From an uncultured delta proteobacterium (lineage in GTDB: Bacteria > Myxococcota_A > Polyangia > Palsa-1104): 64,000 bases of DNA. This document shows positions 40,124 to 49,559 of the stretch, piece after piece. A program made the translations under genes and the position numbers. Position 1 is the first letter of the stretch. Every line of letters begins with the position of its first letter. The notes below the pieces were generated by a model. It made no database searches, had not been told where the DNA came from, and worked only from the letters and a program-made list of their open reading frames with translations. The DNA lies in assembly GCA_963785725.1 (NCBI GenBank), contig CAWAWS010000020.1:128001-192000 (forward strand), in the 5' to 3' direction.

Positions 40124-41263
40124 ATGCGACGCGTGTCACCCATCGTCTGCCTCGTGGTCGCGCTCGTCGGATCGCCGCAGGTCGCGCGCGCCGACGAGGC
40201 CGAGCCGGCCGCGGCCGAGCATTACACGCGTGGCGCCAAGGCGCTCGAGGACGGCGACGCCGCGCTGGCCGTGACCGAGCTGACCGCGTCGCTGGCGGCG
40301 AAGCCGTCGCTGCGCGCCTATTTGTCGCGCGCCGAGGCGCAGGTGAAGCTGGCCCGCTTCGACGACGCGCGCGCCGACTACGAAGCCGCGCTGCGCCTCG
40401 ACCCGCCGAAGAACAAGCGCGCCGCCATCGAGCGCTGGCTACACGACTTGGCGACGGGAACGCGGACGCGGCTCGCCATCGCCTCGACGCCGCCCGGCGC
40501 CACGGTCTACGTCGACCTGAAGGCGGCCGGCAAGCGCGGCGTCACGCCCCTCGTCATCGCGACGCCGCCCGGCCGTCACCGCGTCATCCTCGAGCTCGAC
40601 GGCTACGAGCCGTTCGTCGCGCGCGAGGTCAACGCCGTCGAGGACCGCGAGACGGCGCTGGCGGCGACGCTGGTCGTCAAAGGCTGCGATCTGCGCGTGA
40701 CGACGGCGCCGGCGACCGCGACCGTCGCGCTCGACGGCGGCGCGCCGCAGCCGGCGCCGCTGGCGGTGCGCGTCCGCGGCGGCGAGCATACGCTGGCGTT
40801 CGTCGCGCCCGATCGGCTGCCGCGCCAACGCGCCGTTCGCTGCGAGATTGGGACGCCATTGGACGTGACCGAGACGCTGGAGCCGATTCCGCCCGGTCGC
40901 ATCGTAGTGGCCGTGCCGCCCGGCGGCCGCCTGCGCGTCGACGGGCGCGACGCGGCGACGCCGGCGCTGGTCGCCGCCGGCGAGCACTCGGTCACGGTCG
41001 ACGCGCCGTCGCGCGCCCCCTGGCAGACGACGCTGCACATCGACGGCGGCCAAGAGATCCGCCTGCAGCCGCGCCTCGACGAACGCCGCGCCGGCGATGG
41101 CCGCAAGAAGTGGCTGCTCATCGGCGGCGGCATCGCGGTCGCCGGCATCGCCATCGGGCTCGGCGTCGGCCTCGGCGTCGGCCTGTCGGGCGACGCGGCG
41201 CCGGTCGGCCACTTCGGCGGCTTCCACATCTTCGGCGTGTCGATTGGCGGAGGCTCCAAATGA
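40124..41263 (+). CDS. Signal peptide-TPR-PEGA domain protein
   Basis: Signal peptide (ARA-DE); TPR AAEHYTRG...ARADYEAAL; PEGA STPPGATVYVD...GVTPL...PGRHRVILELDGY; C-terminal KKWLLIGG hydrophobic segment. Confidence 0.85.
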   Translation: MRRVSPIVCLVVALVGSPQVARADEAEPAAAEHYTRGAKALEDGDAALAVTELTASLAAKPSLRAYLSRAEAQVKLARFDDARADYEAALRLDPPKNKRAAIERWLHDLATGTRTRLAIASTPPGATVYVDLKAAGKRGVTPLVIATPPGRHRVILELDGYEPFVAREVNAVEDRETALAATLVVKGCDLRVTTAPATATVALDGGAPQPAPLAVRVRGGEHTLAFVAPDRLPRQRAVRCEIGTPLDVTETLEPIPPGRIVVAVPPGGRLRVDGRDAATPALVAAGEHSVTVDAPSRAPWQTTLHIDGGQEIRLQPRLDERRAGDGRKKWLLIGGGIAVAGIAIGLGVGLGVGLSGDAAPVGHFGGFHIFGVSIGGGSK

Positions 41264-42459
41264 GTCGGCTCGGTCAGCTGAGCGTGTTGGCGTTGTGGCT
41301 GCTGGCCGGCTGTCATGACCGGCGCACCCTCCTCTTCCTGCAGCTGCAGACGGCCGCGGGCGCGCCCGGCGACATCCGCCGCGTCGACGTGCAGGTCGCG
41401 CTCGCCGGCCGCACGGCGACGGTGACGCTGCGCGAAAAGAGCGGCGCCGCCCTGACGTTTCCGACGGGCGACGTCATCGACATCGGCGCCGGCGCCGGCG
41501 CGCTCACCGCCACCGCCACCGCCTACGACGCCACCGGCATGCCGCTCGGCCAGGCCAGCGGCACCACGATCATCGCGTCCGGCGAGAGCAGCGCGCTCAC
41601 GCTCGTCTTCGGCAGCAGCGACGGCGGCTCGCCCGACATGACGACCGGCGCCGCGCCCGACATGACCGGCGCCGTGGCCGACATGACCGCCGCCGCGCCC
41701 GACATGACCGCCGCGACGCCCGTCGTCGACATGGCACCGCCGGCCGACCTCCTGAGCGCGACCGTGCCCGGCGCGCCCACGAACGTGCTCGCCTCGGCCC
41801 TCGTCTTGAGCGCCAAGGTCTCGTGGACGGCGCCGGCGAGCAACGGCGGCGCCGCCATCGTCGCCTACACCGTCACGTCGAGCCCCGACAACGTGCAGGC
41901 CGTCGCCTATCCGCCGGCCACCGGCGCCACCGTCAACGGCTTGCGCCAAGGCGGCTCGTACACGTTCACCGTCACCGCCACCAACGGCGTCGGCACCGGT
42001 CCGCCGTCGGCGCCGTCGACGCCGGCGGTCATGCCGTCGAACCTCGCGCTCACGGCGACGACCGCGGCCAGCTCGACGTTCAACAACCCGAGCATCGGCG
42101 TCTACAACGTCGCGCTCATCAACGACGGCAACATCGACACCGCCGTCGGTCCGACCGACAGCTGGTCCAACGGCCAGGGCACCGCGCTGCCGCAATCGGT
42201 CACGCTCGGCTTCGCCGGCACGAAGACGCCGACGGTCGTGCACCTCTATACGTCCGTCGGCTACGAGATGCAGGCGTTCGACGTGCAAGTCGGCAACGGC
42301 ACGACGTTTACGACCGTCGCCAGCGTCACCGGCAACACGGCGGCGTACGTCGACGTGCCGCTGACGCCACTTTCGGGAACGCAGCTGCGCGTGCTGTGTA
42401 ATACGGGCTCGATTGCGCAGCCGACGATCGTGCGCATCAACGAGCTCGAGGTTTACTGA
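41260..42459 (+). CDS. Lipoprotein with FN3 and discoidin (F5/8 type C, CBM32-like) domains
   Basis: Lipobox LAGC; ATGA overlap with the upstream gene; PGAPTNV...VSWTAPASNGG...YTFTVTATNGVG; NLAL...RINELEVY. Confidence 0.85.
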   Translation: MSRLGQLSVLALWLLAGCHDRRTLLFLQLQTAAGAPGDIRRVDVQVALAGRTATVTLREKSGAALTFPTGDVIDIGAGAGALTATATAYDATGMPLGQASGTTIIASGESSALTLVFGSSDGGSPDMTTGAAPDMTGAVADMTAAAPDMTAATPVVDMAPPADLLSATVPGAPTNVLASALVLSAKVSWTAPASNGGAAIVAYTVTSSPDNVQAVAYPPATGATVNGLRQGGSYTFTVTATNGVGTGPPSAPSTPAVMPSNLALTATTAASSTFNNPSIGVYNVALINDGNIDTAVGPTDSWSNGQGTALPQSVTLGFAGTKTPTVVHLYTSVGYEMQAFDVQVGNGTTFTTVASVTGNTAAYVDVPLTPLSGTQLRVLCNTGSIAQPTIVRINELEVY

Positions 42460-42462
42460 GCG

Positions 42463-43695
42463 CTAATTACGCGCGAGCAGCGAGATTTCGGCGTCGGGCA
42501 TGACCGCCAGCCGATTGCGCTGCGGGAACGTGCCCACCGTCGTCTTCGCGATCTGCTGTCCCGTCGCATAATCGATGACGGCGACGGCGTTGTCGCCCGA
42601 CAGTGAGACGAAGCAGGACTTGCCGTCGACGCTCGTGGACGCCCAATAGGGAATCAGGCCGACGTCGATGGTGCTGACGACGGCCATGTCGGCGGTGGTG
42701 ATGATGGAGACGGTGTTGTCGATGGTGCCGGCGTCGCACAAGCGCGCGCCGTCCTTCGACAGCGCCAAGCCGTGATGGGCCGAGTCGTGCGGGTAGTCGT
42801 CGCGCGTCGGATAATTCGCCGTCGCGAAGGCGCTCAACGGCTCACTCACCGTCGCCGTCGTCACGCCCCACACGAGATCGTATTTGACGACGCCGTTGAG
42901 ATACGACAACTGCGTGTACAGCGTATTGCCGTCCGGCGTGACGATATTGGGACGAATCCCCTCGCCGAAGAAGTAGGTGCGCACCGGCGCCAGCGTCGTG
43001 GCGTCGACGATCGTGAACAGCCGAAAGCCCTTGAGGAAGTCCAAGCTGGAGGCGAGATCGACGTCGCCGATGCTGCTGTTGTAGATGCGCTTGCCGTCCG
43101 CCGAGTAGTCGTTCTGGTGCGGATAGTGACCGGTCGCGAACGAGCCGACGAGCGCGCCCGTGGCCGCGTCGAGCACCTGCGCTTGGTCGACGAGCGTCGC
43201 CGAGACGACGAGCCGCGTGCCGTCGGGCGAGAGCGTCGCGTGGTCGGCGTGATAGCCGGCGACGTCGGTGCGCCACAGCATCGGATGCGCCGCCGACGTC
43301 AGATCGAACGCCGCGACGTCGCCCAGGTTCGAGCGCGAGACATAGAGCCGCGTGCCATCGGGCGACAGAAAGACGTCATCGACGAAGCGCTGCCCACCCG
43401 CCGGCTCGAAGTGCTTGATCTTCTGATTCTGCGTAATCAGCGCATAGGCGATGGCATGGATCGGGTCGGTGTTGATGACGCCGAGCCGCTGTTGCAGGTC
43501 GGGCGCGACGTCGAGCGTCCCCAAGTTGGCGAACGTGTGACCGTCGAGAAAGCTGACCGTGCCGGCGACGCTGTTGCCGACGAGCAGCACGTCGTGCAGC
43601 GGCGCCGTCTGCGCGGCCGTGACCTCGTGCGTGCCGACGGCGTTGCTACAGGCGAACGACAATAACGGGAGAGCGCACAGCGACCACTTGAGCAT
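42463..43695 (-). CDS. YncE/YVTN-type beta-propeller lipoprotein
   Basis: Lipobox SFAC; repeated SPDGTRL/SADGKRIY/TPDGNTLY blades; HHGLALS. Confidence 0.82.
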   Translation of the reverse strand: MLKWSLCALPLLSFACSNAVGTHEVTAAQTAPLHDVLLVGNSVAGTVSFLDGHTFANLGTLDVAPDLQQRLGVINTDPIHAIAYALITQNQKIKHFEPAGGQRFVDDVFLSPDGTRLYVSRSNLGDVAAFDLTSAAHPMLWRTDVAGYHADHATLSPDGTRLVVSATLVDQAQVLDAATGALVGSFATGHYPHQNDYSADGKRIYNSSIGDVDLASSLDFLKGFRLFTIVDATTLAPVRTYFFGEGIRPNIVTPDGNTLYTQLSYLNGVVKYDLVWGVTTATVSEPLSAFATANYPTRDDYPHDSAHHGLALSKDGARLCDAGTIDNTVSIITTADMAVVSTIDVGLIPYWASTSVDGKSCFVSLSGDNAVAVIDYATGQQIAKTTVGTFPQRNRLAVMPDAEISLLARN

Positions 43696-43833
43696 GAGCC
43701 ACCATCCTTCCACGCCATGGGTGACTCATCGCTGCGACGGCGACTTGCCGATCGGCGGTAGCGCGAATCGCTCGCCGCGTTCACGTTTGCGGGCGTGGCC
43801 GTCGCGTAAGCGGCGACGACTTTCGGACGGTTA

Positions 43834-45426
43834 CTAATTCCAGCCGGGCATCTGCGACAATTTCACGACTTGAGCGTCCGCGAACAGCCCCGGCAAGACC
43901 GAGGCGTTGGCGCTCGACGTCAGCTGATCGGGCCACATCGCGACATAGGTCCACAGCGGCTGAGTCGTCAGCACCGACGCCGGCATCAGCGTGTAGCACT
44001 CGCCGACGCCGATGGGCTTGCCGGCGGCGATGCCGACCATCGCGTCGTAATTCTGCGTCGTGAACCCCGAGTCGTAGACGTCGAGCGACACGATGTCGAA
44101 GTAGCTCGCGCCCGGCGAATAGCTGGTCACGTCGCCCGCCAGCGTCGAATAATCCTGCACGTTGTAGACCCAAATGATGTTGTCGAGCCCTTTGACGTTC
44201 ACGAGATAGTCGTGGGTGATTTGGTACAGCTTGGGCGAGCCGGTCGGTCCCGGCCGGCCTTGCCACCACGCCCAGCCGCCGTTGATCTCGTGCAGCGGCC
44301 GAAACAGCGGCGCCACGCCTGCCGCCTTCAGCTCGGCGAAATACGTGGCCAAGAGATCGAGGCGCGCCAGCCACACCTGATAGAGCGTGCCGCCCGGCGT
44401 CGTCAGATCGCTCCATTGCGCGTCGGTGAGGCTGGAGCCGTCGATGTTGGTGCCGTCGGGGCCGCCCGAATACGAGCAGTCCTCGTTGGCGCCCAGCGTC
44501 GGCGAGCAGGCGTGATAGATGTACTGCACGAGCGCGCCTTTGGCCCACTGCGCCTCGCCCGCTTGGACGATCGATTCGCGCGCCGCCGGCAAGTTGCTGC
44601 CGAAGCCCCAGTCGCCGCTCCAGAAGCTGGGATAGCCGTTGCCGCCGATCGACGCCATCTGGTCGGAGTCGGCCGTCGGGTTGCTCGCGTCTTTGTCCTC
44701 GATGCCGATGGCCGACTGCTTGCCCTGAATGCTCTTCAAATAGGCGAGCACCTTGTCGCGCGCGGAGCTGCCGGCGCTCCCGCCGTCGCTGCCCGAGCCG
44801 CTCGTCGCCGGCAGCGCCAACGTATAGGTCTCCCAGGCTTTGTCCCAGGGCGCGTTGGCGAGCACTTGGCCGCCGCCGCCGTTGATGGCCGAGACGTAGT
44901 TGCTCGTCACTTTGGTCATGAAGGCGACGTGATCGCCGGCCGCAATCGTGCCCGCGCCGTCGACGCGCGTGATCGTGAACGTCTCGTCGTCGCCCGCCGT
45001 CGCCGCGCTGAAGCCGAGCGCGCCGCCGCCGCCGTTGACCGCCGACAAATACTGGCCGCCGACCGCCAAGTAGACGACGTCGCCGTCGCTGAGCAGGCCG
45101 CCGTTGACGTCGGTCAGCGTGAACGTCTCGGTCGCGCCGGCGCTGTCGGCGGCCGCGTCGAGCACGCCGCCCGCGCCGCTCGACAAATACTGACTGGTAT
45201 CGAGCGTCGACAACGTCAGCGTGTACGTCGACGGTCCCGCGCCGGCGTCGCTCGCGGTCGCGCTGCCGCCGCCGTTACCGCCGGATGATCCGCCGCCGCC
45301 GCCGCTGCCCGAGCTGTGCTCGCCACTCAGGCTGCCGCCGCAGCCGGCGACGCCGAGCGCGAGGATGAGCGAGCCCGCGAGCATGCGCGTCCTCGCCTTC
45401 GTTCTGGGCTTCGTCGAAGTCCGCAA
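43834..45426 (-). CDS. GH26 glycoside hydrolase (beta-mannanase-like) with fascin-like beta-trefoil, lipoprotein
   Basis: Lipobox VAGC; YLSAVNGGGG fascin repeats; FRPLHEINGGWAWW (acid/base Glu); KPIGVGEC (nucleophile); TTG start with GAGGAGG RBS. Confidence 0.88.
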   Translation of the reverse strand: MRTSTKPRTKARTRMLAGSLILALGVAGCGGSLSGEHSSGSGGGGGSSGGNGGGSATASDAGAGPSTYTLTLSTLDTSQYLSSGAGGVLDAAADSAGATETFTLTDVNGGLLSDGDVVYLAVGGQYLSAVNGGGGALGFSAATAGDDETFTITRVDGAGTIAAGDHVAFMTKVTSNYVSAINGGGGQVLANAPWDKAWETYTLALPATSGSGSDGGSAGSSARDKVLAYLKSIQGKQSAIGIEDKDASNPTADSDQMASIGGNGYPSFWSGDWGFGSNLPAARESIVQAGEAQWAKGALVQYIYHACSPTLGANEDCSYSGGPDGTNIDGSSLTDAQWSDLTTPGGTLYQVWLARLDLLATYFAELKAAGVAPLFRPLHEINGGWAWWQGRPGPTGSPKLYQITHDYLVNVKGLDNIIWVYNVQDYSTLAGDVTSYSPGASYFDIVSLDVYDSGFTTQNYDAMVGIAAGKPIGVGECYTLMPASVLTTQPLWTYVAMWPDQLTSSANASVLPGLFADAQVVKLSQMPGWN

Positions 45427-45675
45427 GACGACCTCCTCGACTACGATTTCGCGTCACGACGACGCGGGGGCATTGCACCTCGCGGCCGACAAAGAGCAAC
45501 GACGGGGCCAAGTGCTGCGCTGCGGCGACGAAAGTCGGCACACGCCTGTCTCGCAAGCGAGACGACGCCGGAAACGGCGGGTTTACGCGCACGCCAGTCA
45601 TCAGCCGCTGGGGTTGCGGCGCTCCGACCGTAAACGCGGGGTGGTCACTCGCGGCGGCTCGAGCCGCGCGCGAAG

Positions 45676-46572
45676 TTACAAGCAGCCGATGGGCTGTCCG
45701 GAGATGGCGACTTCGTCGAAGTAGACGTCGTTGGTGCCGGTGTCGCCGGTGTTCGTGTAGATGATGCCCACGTTGACCTGATCGAGCTGCTCGGTCATCG
45801 GATCGGTGGGGCTGCCGCTGAATTGCCCGAGCTGCTTGCCCTGCAGCGACACCGTCACCGAGCCGTTGTGCGTGTCGAACGTCGTCGCCAGCTCGAGGCA
45901 CAGCCACTGATTCGTCGGGAGCTGCGCGCCGCTGAAGTTGGCGGCCTGACCGAAGAACCCGCCGGCGTAATTCAAGGTGCCGTTGATGGGATCGACGTTG
46001 AGCGTCGCGTAGTCGTTGCCGTTCAAGTTCTGCGACGCGTGGAAGCCGACGATCTGAAACGGCGTCATCGAAAACTGCGTCATGTAGAAGAAGAAGCGCA
46101 CGTGCAGCGTCGACGGGCGATTGGGGATCGTCTCGAACACGAACGACTGCTGATTGGCGCCCACCGTCTTGGCGTGCATCGAGCTCTGCCCGAGACACGT
46201 CGGCGAATTGGCGATGACGAGATCGGTGCCGGCGTTGAGCCCGACGCCCGCGCCTTGGATGATGGGCGCGTTGTTCCAGTTGGGGAACGACATGCCGCTC
46301 TCGGTCTCGAAGCCGTCGCAAAAGAGATAGCTCGCCGGGCACAGCGTGGTCGGCGTGGTGCGGCCGCACAAAAAGCCGCCGGCGTCGGGATCGATCGGCG
46401 TCATATCGACGATGACGCCGCCGCCGTCGCCGGGCTCGTGCATCGACATGTCGGCGCCGGGCTTGTTCTTGTACAGCTTGGCGTCGAAGACGTCGCAGGC
46501 GGCGACACAGCTCGCCAACGCCAAGCCGGCCGCCCAAAAGCTACGCACGGTTCGCGTGTGAGGATGAATCAT
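45676..46572 (-). CDS. Secreted lipoprotein, ConA/LamG-like beta-sandwich
   Basis: Lipobox VAAC; FCDGFE, LPTNQWLCLE, VYFDEVAIS...PIGC. Confidence 0.7.
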   Translation of the reverse strand: MIHPHTRTVRSFWAAGLALASCVAACDVFDAKLYKNKPGADMSMHEPGDGGGVIVDMTPIDPDAGGFLCGRTTPTTLCPASYLFCDGFETESGMSFPNWNNAPIIQGAGVGLNAGTDLVIANSPTCLGQSSMHAKTVGANQQSFVFETIPNRPSTLHVRFFFYMTQFSMTPFQIVGFHASQNLNGNDYATLNVDPINGTLNYAGGFFGQAANFSGAQLPTNQWLCLELATTFDTHNGSVTVSLQGKQLGQFSGSPTDPMTEQLDQVNVGIIYTNTGDTGTNDVYFDEVAISGQPIGCL

Positions 46573-46596
46573 TCCGGGCGGCTCTCCAGTCGTCGG

Positions 46597-48351
46597 TCAG
46601 CGATGCAGGTACGGGTTGAGCTCGAGCGCGGGCTCGCTGCCATGCGACGCGTCGTCGGCGTTGTTGTTGTCGCGCGGGCGGGCCGCCGGCTGCGGCTGCG
46701 TGGCGTGGCTGTGATGACGATCGGTCGCTTTGGCGGGCGCGCTCGCGTGCCCGGCGGAATCGGCCGCAGCCGGCTTCTCGGTCGTCGGCGCCGGCGCCTT
46801 GGCGGCCGGCGGCGCGTTCGCGGGATCGGGCGTCGTCGTGCCCAGCGTCGCCGACGGCAAGTCGCCGTTCGCCTCGGCCGGCTTCGCTGGCGCGGCGGGC
46901 GCCATCGCCGGCGGCGGCGTCGGCGCGACCGCGACCGGCGGCGCATCAGCCACCACCTTCATCGCCGCGCGCGCCTGCGCCGCTTGCTGCTGCCGCCACC
47001 ACACGCCGACGGCGAACGCGACCGCCAGCGCCACCAACGTGACGGCCACGATGCGCGCGGCGCGACGTGGCCGCGGCGGCTTGGCCGAGACGCGCGTGCC
47101 GTTCGGCGCCGGCGCGTATGCCGCCGCCTCCGCCTCGTCTTCGGCGTCGGCCTCGAACGCGATCGGCGGCGCCGGCGTCTCTTGGTCATGCAAGAGCGGA
47201 TTCGCCAGCGACACCCCCGACAGCGACTTCGACGGCTCGTGCAAGAGGTCGACGCGACCGGCGATGGGCGGCCGACCGCCCGACAGCGACAGCTTCGGCA
47301 GCGACGCCAGCTCGCCGAGCCGCATGGCGCCGCCGTTGCCGGTCAAGACGCTGCAATAGCGCTGGATGGCGTCGCGGCGCTCGGTGATCTCTTGGCTCAT
47401 GCGCGCCCGCATGATGTCGGCCGCTTCCATGCTGCTGGCGAGGCAGCCGCCCTTCTCGGCCGCGCGCGACAGCTCCGCCGCCATGTCGTGCGCCGACGCG
47501 TAGCGCTGATCGGGCGCGCGCGCCAACGCCCGCGCGCAGATGAGGTCGAGCTCCGTCGGTGCCAGCGGCTGAATCGTCGACGGCGGCCGAATCGGATCCT
47601 CGAGCAGCTTGAGCAGCGTCGCCGCTTCGTTGGGCGCCTTGAACAGCCGCTTGGCCGTCAGGCACTCCCACAGCATGACGCCGACCGAGAAGACGTCGGC
47701 GCGACGATCGAGCGCGCCGCCCGTCGCCTGCTCCGGCGCCATGTACGCGATCTTGCCTTTGACCGTGCCCGGCTGCGTCTGCGTGATGCGCGTGCCGGCG
47801 TGCGCGATGCCGAAGTCGGCGATGCGACCGGCGCCGTCGATGCCGATGAGCACGTTCTGCGGCGAGACGTCGCGATGGACGAGCCCGATGGCGTGCCCGC
47901 GATCGTCGGTCAGATTGTGCGCGGCGTCGAGCCCGGCGAGCACGCCGAGCAGCGCCTGCACGCCGACGCGAATGCGCTCCGTCGGCGTCAACAGCGGCGT
48001 GCCCAAGATGCGCGAGAACGAGAAGCCTTCGATGTAATCCATCACGAGATACAGCCCGAGCGAGCTCTGGCAGACGTCGATGATGGGCACGGCGTTGGCG
48101 TGATGGATCTGGGCCGCCAGCCGCGCTTCGTCGAGCAGCATGTCGACGAACTGCGGATCGGACGCGAGGTGCGGATGCAAGAGCTTGATGGCGAACAGGC
48201 GCGAAAAGCCGCCCGCGCCCGCCAGCCGCGCCAGCATGACGGTCGCCATGCCGCCCGAGGCGATCTCGGCGATCAGCTCGTAACGATCGAGTCGCCGGCG
48301 CGGACCCGTGATCGTCGCCGGCGAGGCACCCGGACGCTGGCCGCCGCTCAT
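46597..48351 (-). CDS. Transmembrane Ser/Thr protein kinase
   Basis: IASGGMATV, AIK, HRDVSPQN, DFGIA, KGKIAYMAPEQ; TM; P/A-rich tail ending LELNPYLHR; GAGGAG RBS. Confidence 0.93.
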   Translation of the reverse strand: MSGGQRPGASPATITGPRRRLDRYELIAEIASGGMATVMLARLAGAGGFSRLFAIKLLHPHLASDPQFVDMLLDEARLAAQIHHANAVPIIDVCQSSLGLYLVMDYIEGFSFSRILGTPLLTPTERIRVGVQALLGVLAGLDAAHNLTDDRGHAIGLVHRDVSPQNVLIGIDGAGRIADFGIAHAGTRITQTQPGTVKGKIAYMAPEQATGGALDRRADVFSVGVMLWECLTAKRLFKAPNEAATLLKLLEDPIRPPSTIQPLAPTELDLICARALARAPDQRYASAHDMAAELSRAAEKGGCLASSMEAADIMRARMSQEITERRDAIQRYCSVLTGNGGAMRLGELASLPKLSLSGGRPPIAGRVDLLHEPSKSLSGVSLANPLLHDQETPAPPIAFEADAEDEAEAAAYAPAPNGTRVSAKPPRPRRAARIVAVTLVALAVAFAVGVWWRQQQAAQARAAMKVVADAPPVAVAPTPPPAMAPAAPAKPAEANGDLPSATLGTTTPDPANAPPAAKAPAPTTEKPAAADSAGHASAPAKATDRHHSHATQPQPAARPRDNNNADDASHGSEPALELNPYLHR

Positions 48352-48364
48352 GCGCGACTCCTCC

Positions 48365-49390
48365 TCATTGGAACGTCGCCAATCCGGCCGCGGCGCCACC
48401 GGCGCCAAACGGCTGCAAACGGACGGAAGCGCGCCGTTCGGCGGGCGCGCTCGAATGCCAGCGAGTCGCGAAGATGGCGATGACGAGCGTGGCCACGCCG
48501 AGCGCCGCCGTGCCGGCGATGAGCCCGTCGGTGCGATGCTCGCGATCGAGGCCGTCGTTGAAGCCGGCCTGCGTCGGGTTCTTCTGGTAGCGATCGTTGG
48601 CCGACAGCGTGTCGAGGCCCGACCAGATCGTAGCCGCGCCCAAACCGGCCGTCAGCGCCAGGCCGACGATGGCCAGGGCCGGGTTCAGCCGCCGATCCCG
48701 CTTCTCGACGACGGGCGCAGCCGGCGCGGGCGCAGCCGCAGCCGCGGCCGGATTGGTGACGACGGCGCTGGCCGGCGCCTCGTTCGTCGGCGGCGGCGTC
48801 GTGACGACCGGCTGCGGCGGCGGCTCGACGGCCAGCTCGCTCGTCGCGCCCGCGGTCGCCGTCACCGACTTCGTCGCCGATCGGCCGTCGTTGAAGCGCG
48901 CGATGACGGCGTGATCGCCGGGCGCGACATAGAGCTTGTGCGTGGCCGAGGGCGCATCCGAGGTCGCGCGACCGTCGAGCACGAGCGCGCAGTCGACCGC
49001 GCAGCGCACCGACAGCTCGCCCAGCGTCGGCGTCACCCGCGCCAAGAGCCGCTCGGCCAGCTTGCGCGTCTCGAGATCGTTCGGATAACGCTCGATGGCG
49101 TGCGCCGCCAGGGTCGCCGCGTGCGCCGGATTGCCGGCGGCGTCGAAGTTGCGCATGGCGCTGCGCAGCGCGGCCGCGTTCGGCGCCGACCGATCGGCCA
49201 GCTCGAACAGCTCGGCCGCGCGCGCGTAATCACGATGCAGCTGCGCGCGCTGCCCCTCTTCGAACGCTCGCGCGGCGCCGTCGACGTCCTCAGCGGGCGA
49301 ATTTTGCGCGTAGGAGATTCCGGCGATCGTCATCGAGACGACGATCGTCGCCAAGCCAAGCAGCCGCGTGTGATGAGCCAGAGGCTGCAT
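48365..49390 (-). CDS. Signal peptide-TPR-PEGA-like protein
   Basis: Signal peptide; AARAFEEGQRA...YARAAELFE TPR; LVLDG...APGDHAVIARF; two hydrophobic segments; C-terminal beta-strand-like ..GLATFQ. Confidence 0.8.
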   Translation of the reverse strand: MQPLAHHTRLLGLATIVVSMTIAGISYAQNSPAEDVDGAARAFEEGQRAQLHRDYARAAELFELADRSAPNAAALRSAMRNFDAAGNPAHAATLAAHAIERYPNDLETRKLAERLLARVTPTLGELSVRCAVDCALVLDGRATSDAPSATHKLYVAPGDHAVIARFNDGRSATKSVTATAGATSELAVEPPPQPVVTTPPPTNEAPASAVVTNPAAAAAAPAPAAPVVEKRDRRLNPALAIVGLALTAGLGAATIWSGLDTLSANDRYQKNPTQAGFNDGLDREHRTDGLIAGTAALGVATLVIAIFATRWHSSAPAERRASVRLQPFGAGGAAAGLATFQ

Positions 49391-49559
49391 CAGGGTGCAC
49401 CCTTTCCTTCCGTGTACGGAAGGCTGTTCGATTCATGGTCGAACACCGGGGCGACGCTGTCAATCGTAGGAAACCGTTAGATCATTTTGGTGCGGTCGGT
49501 GTGCGGAGAGAGGCGACGAAGGCCCTACATCAGGGCCGAAATCGACGCCGCAGCGAGAC

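Noticed and set aside
45536..45580. Resemblance to a c-di-GMP-I/GEMM riboswitch (GGCACAC...GCAA...GACGC)
   Set aside because: The conserved GCAAA/second-stem elements are missing and the orientation is opposite to the adjacent gene; kept only as a generic structured-RNA candidate.
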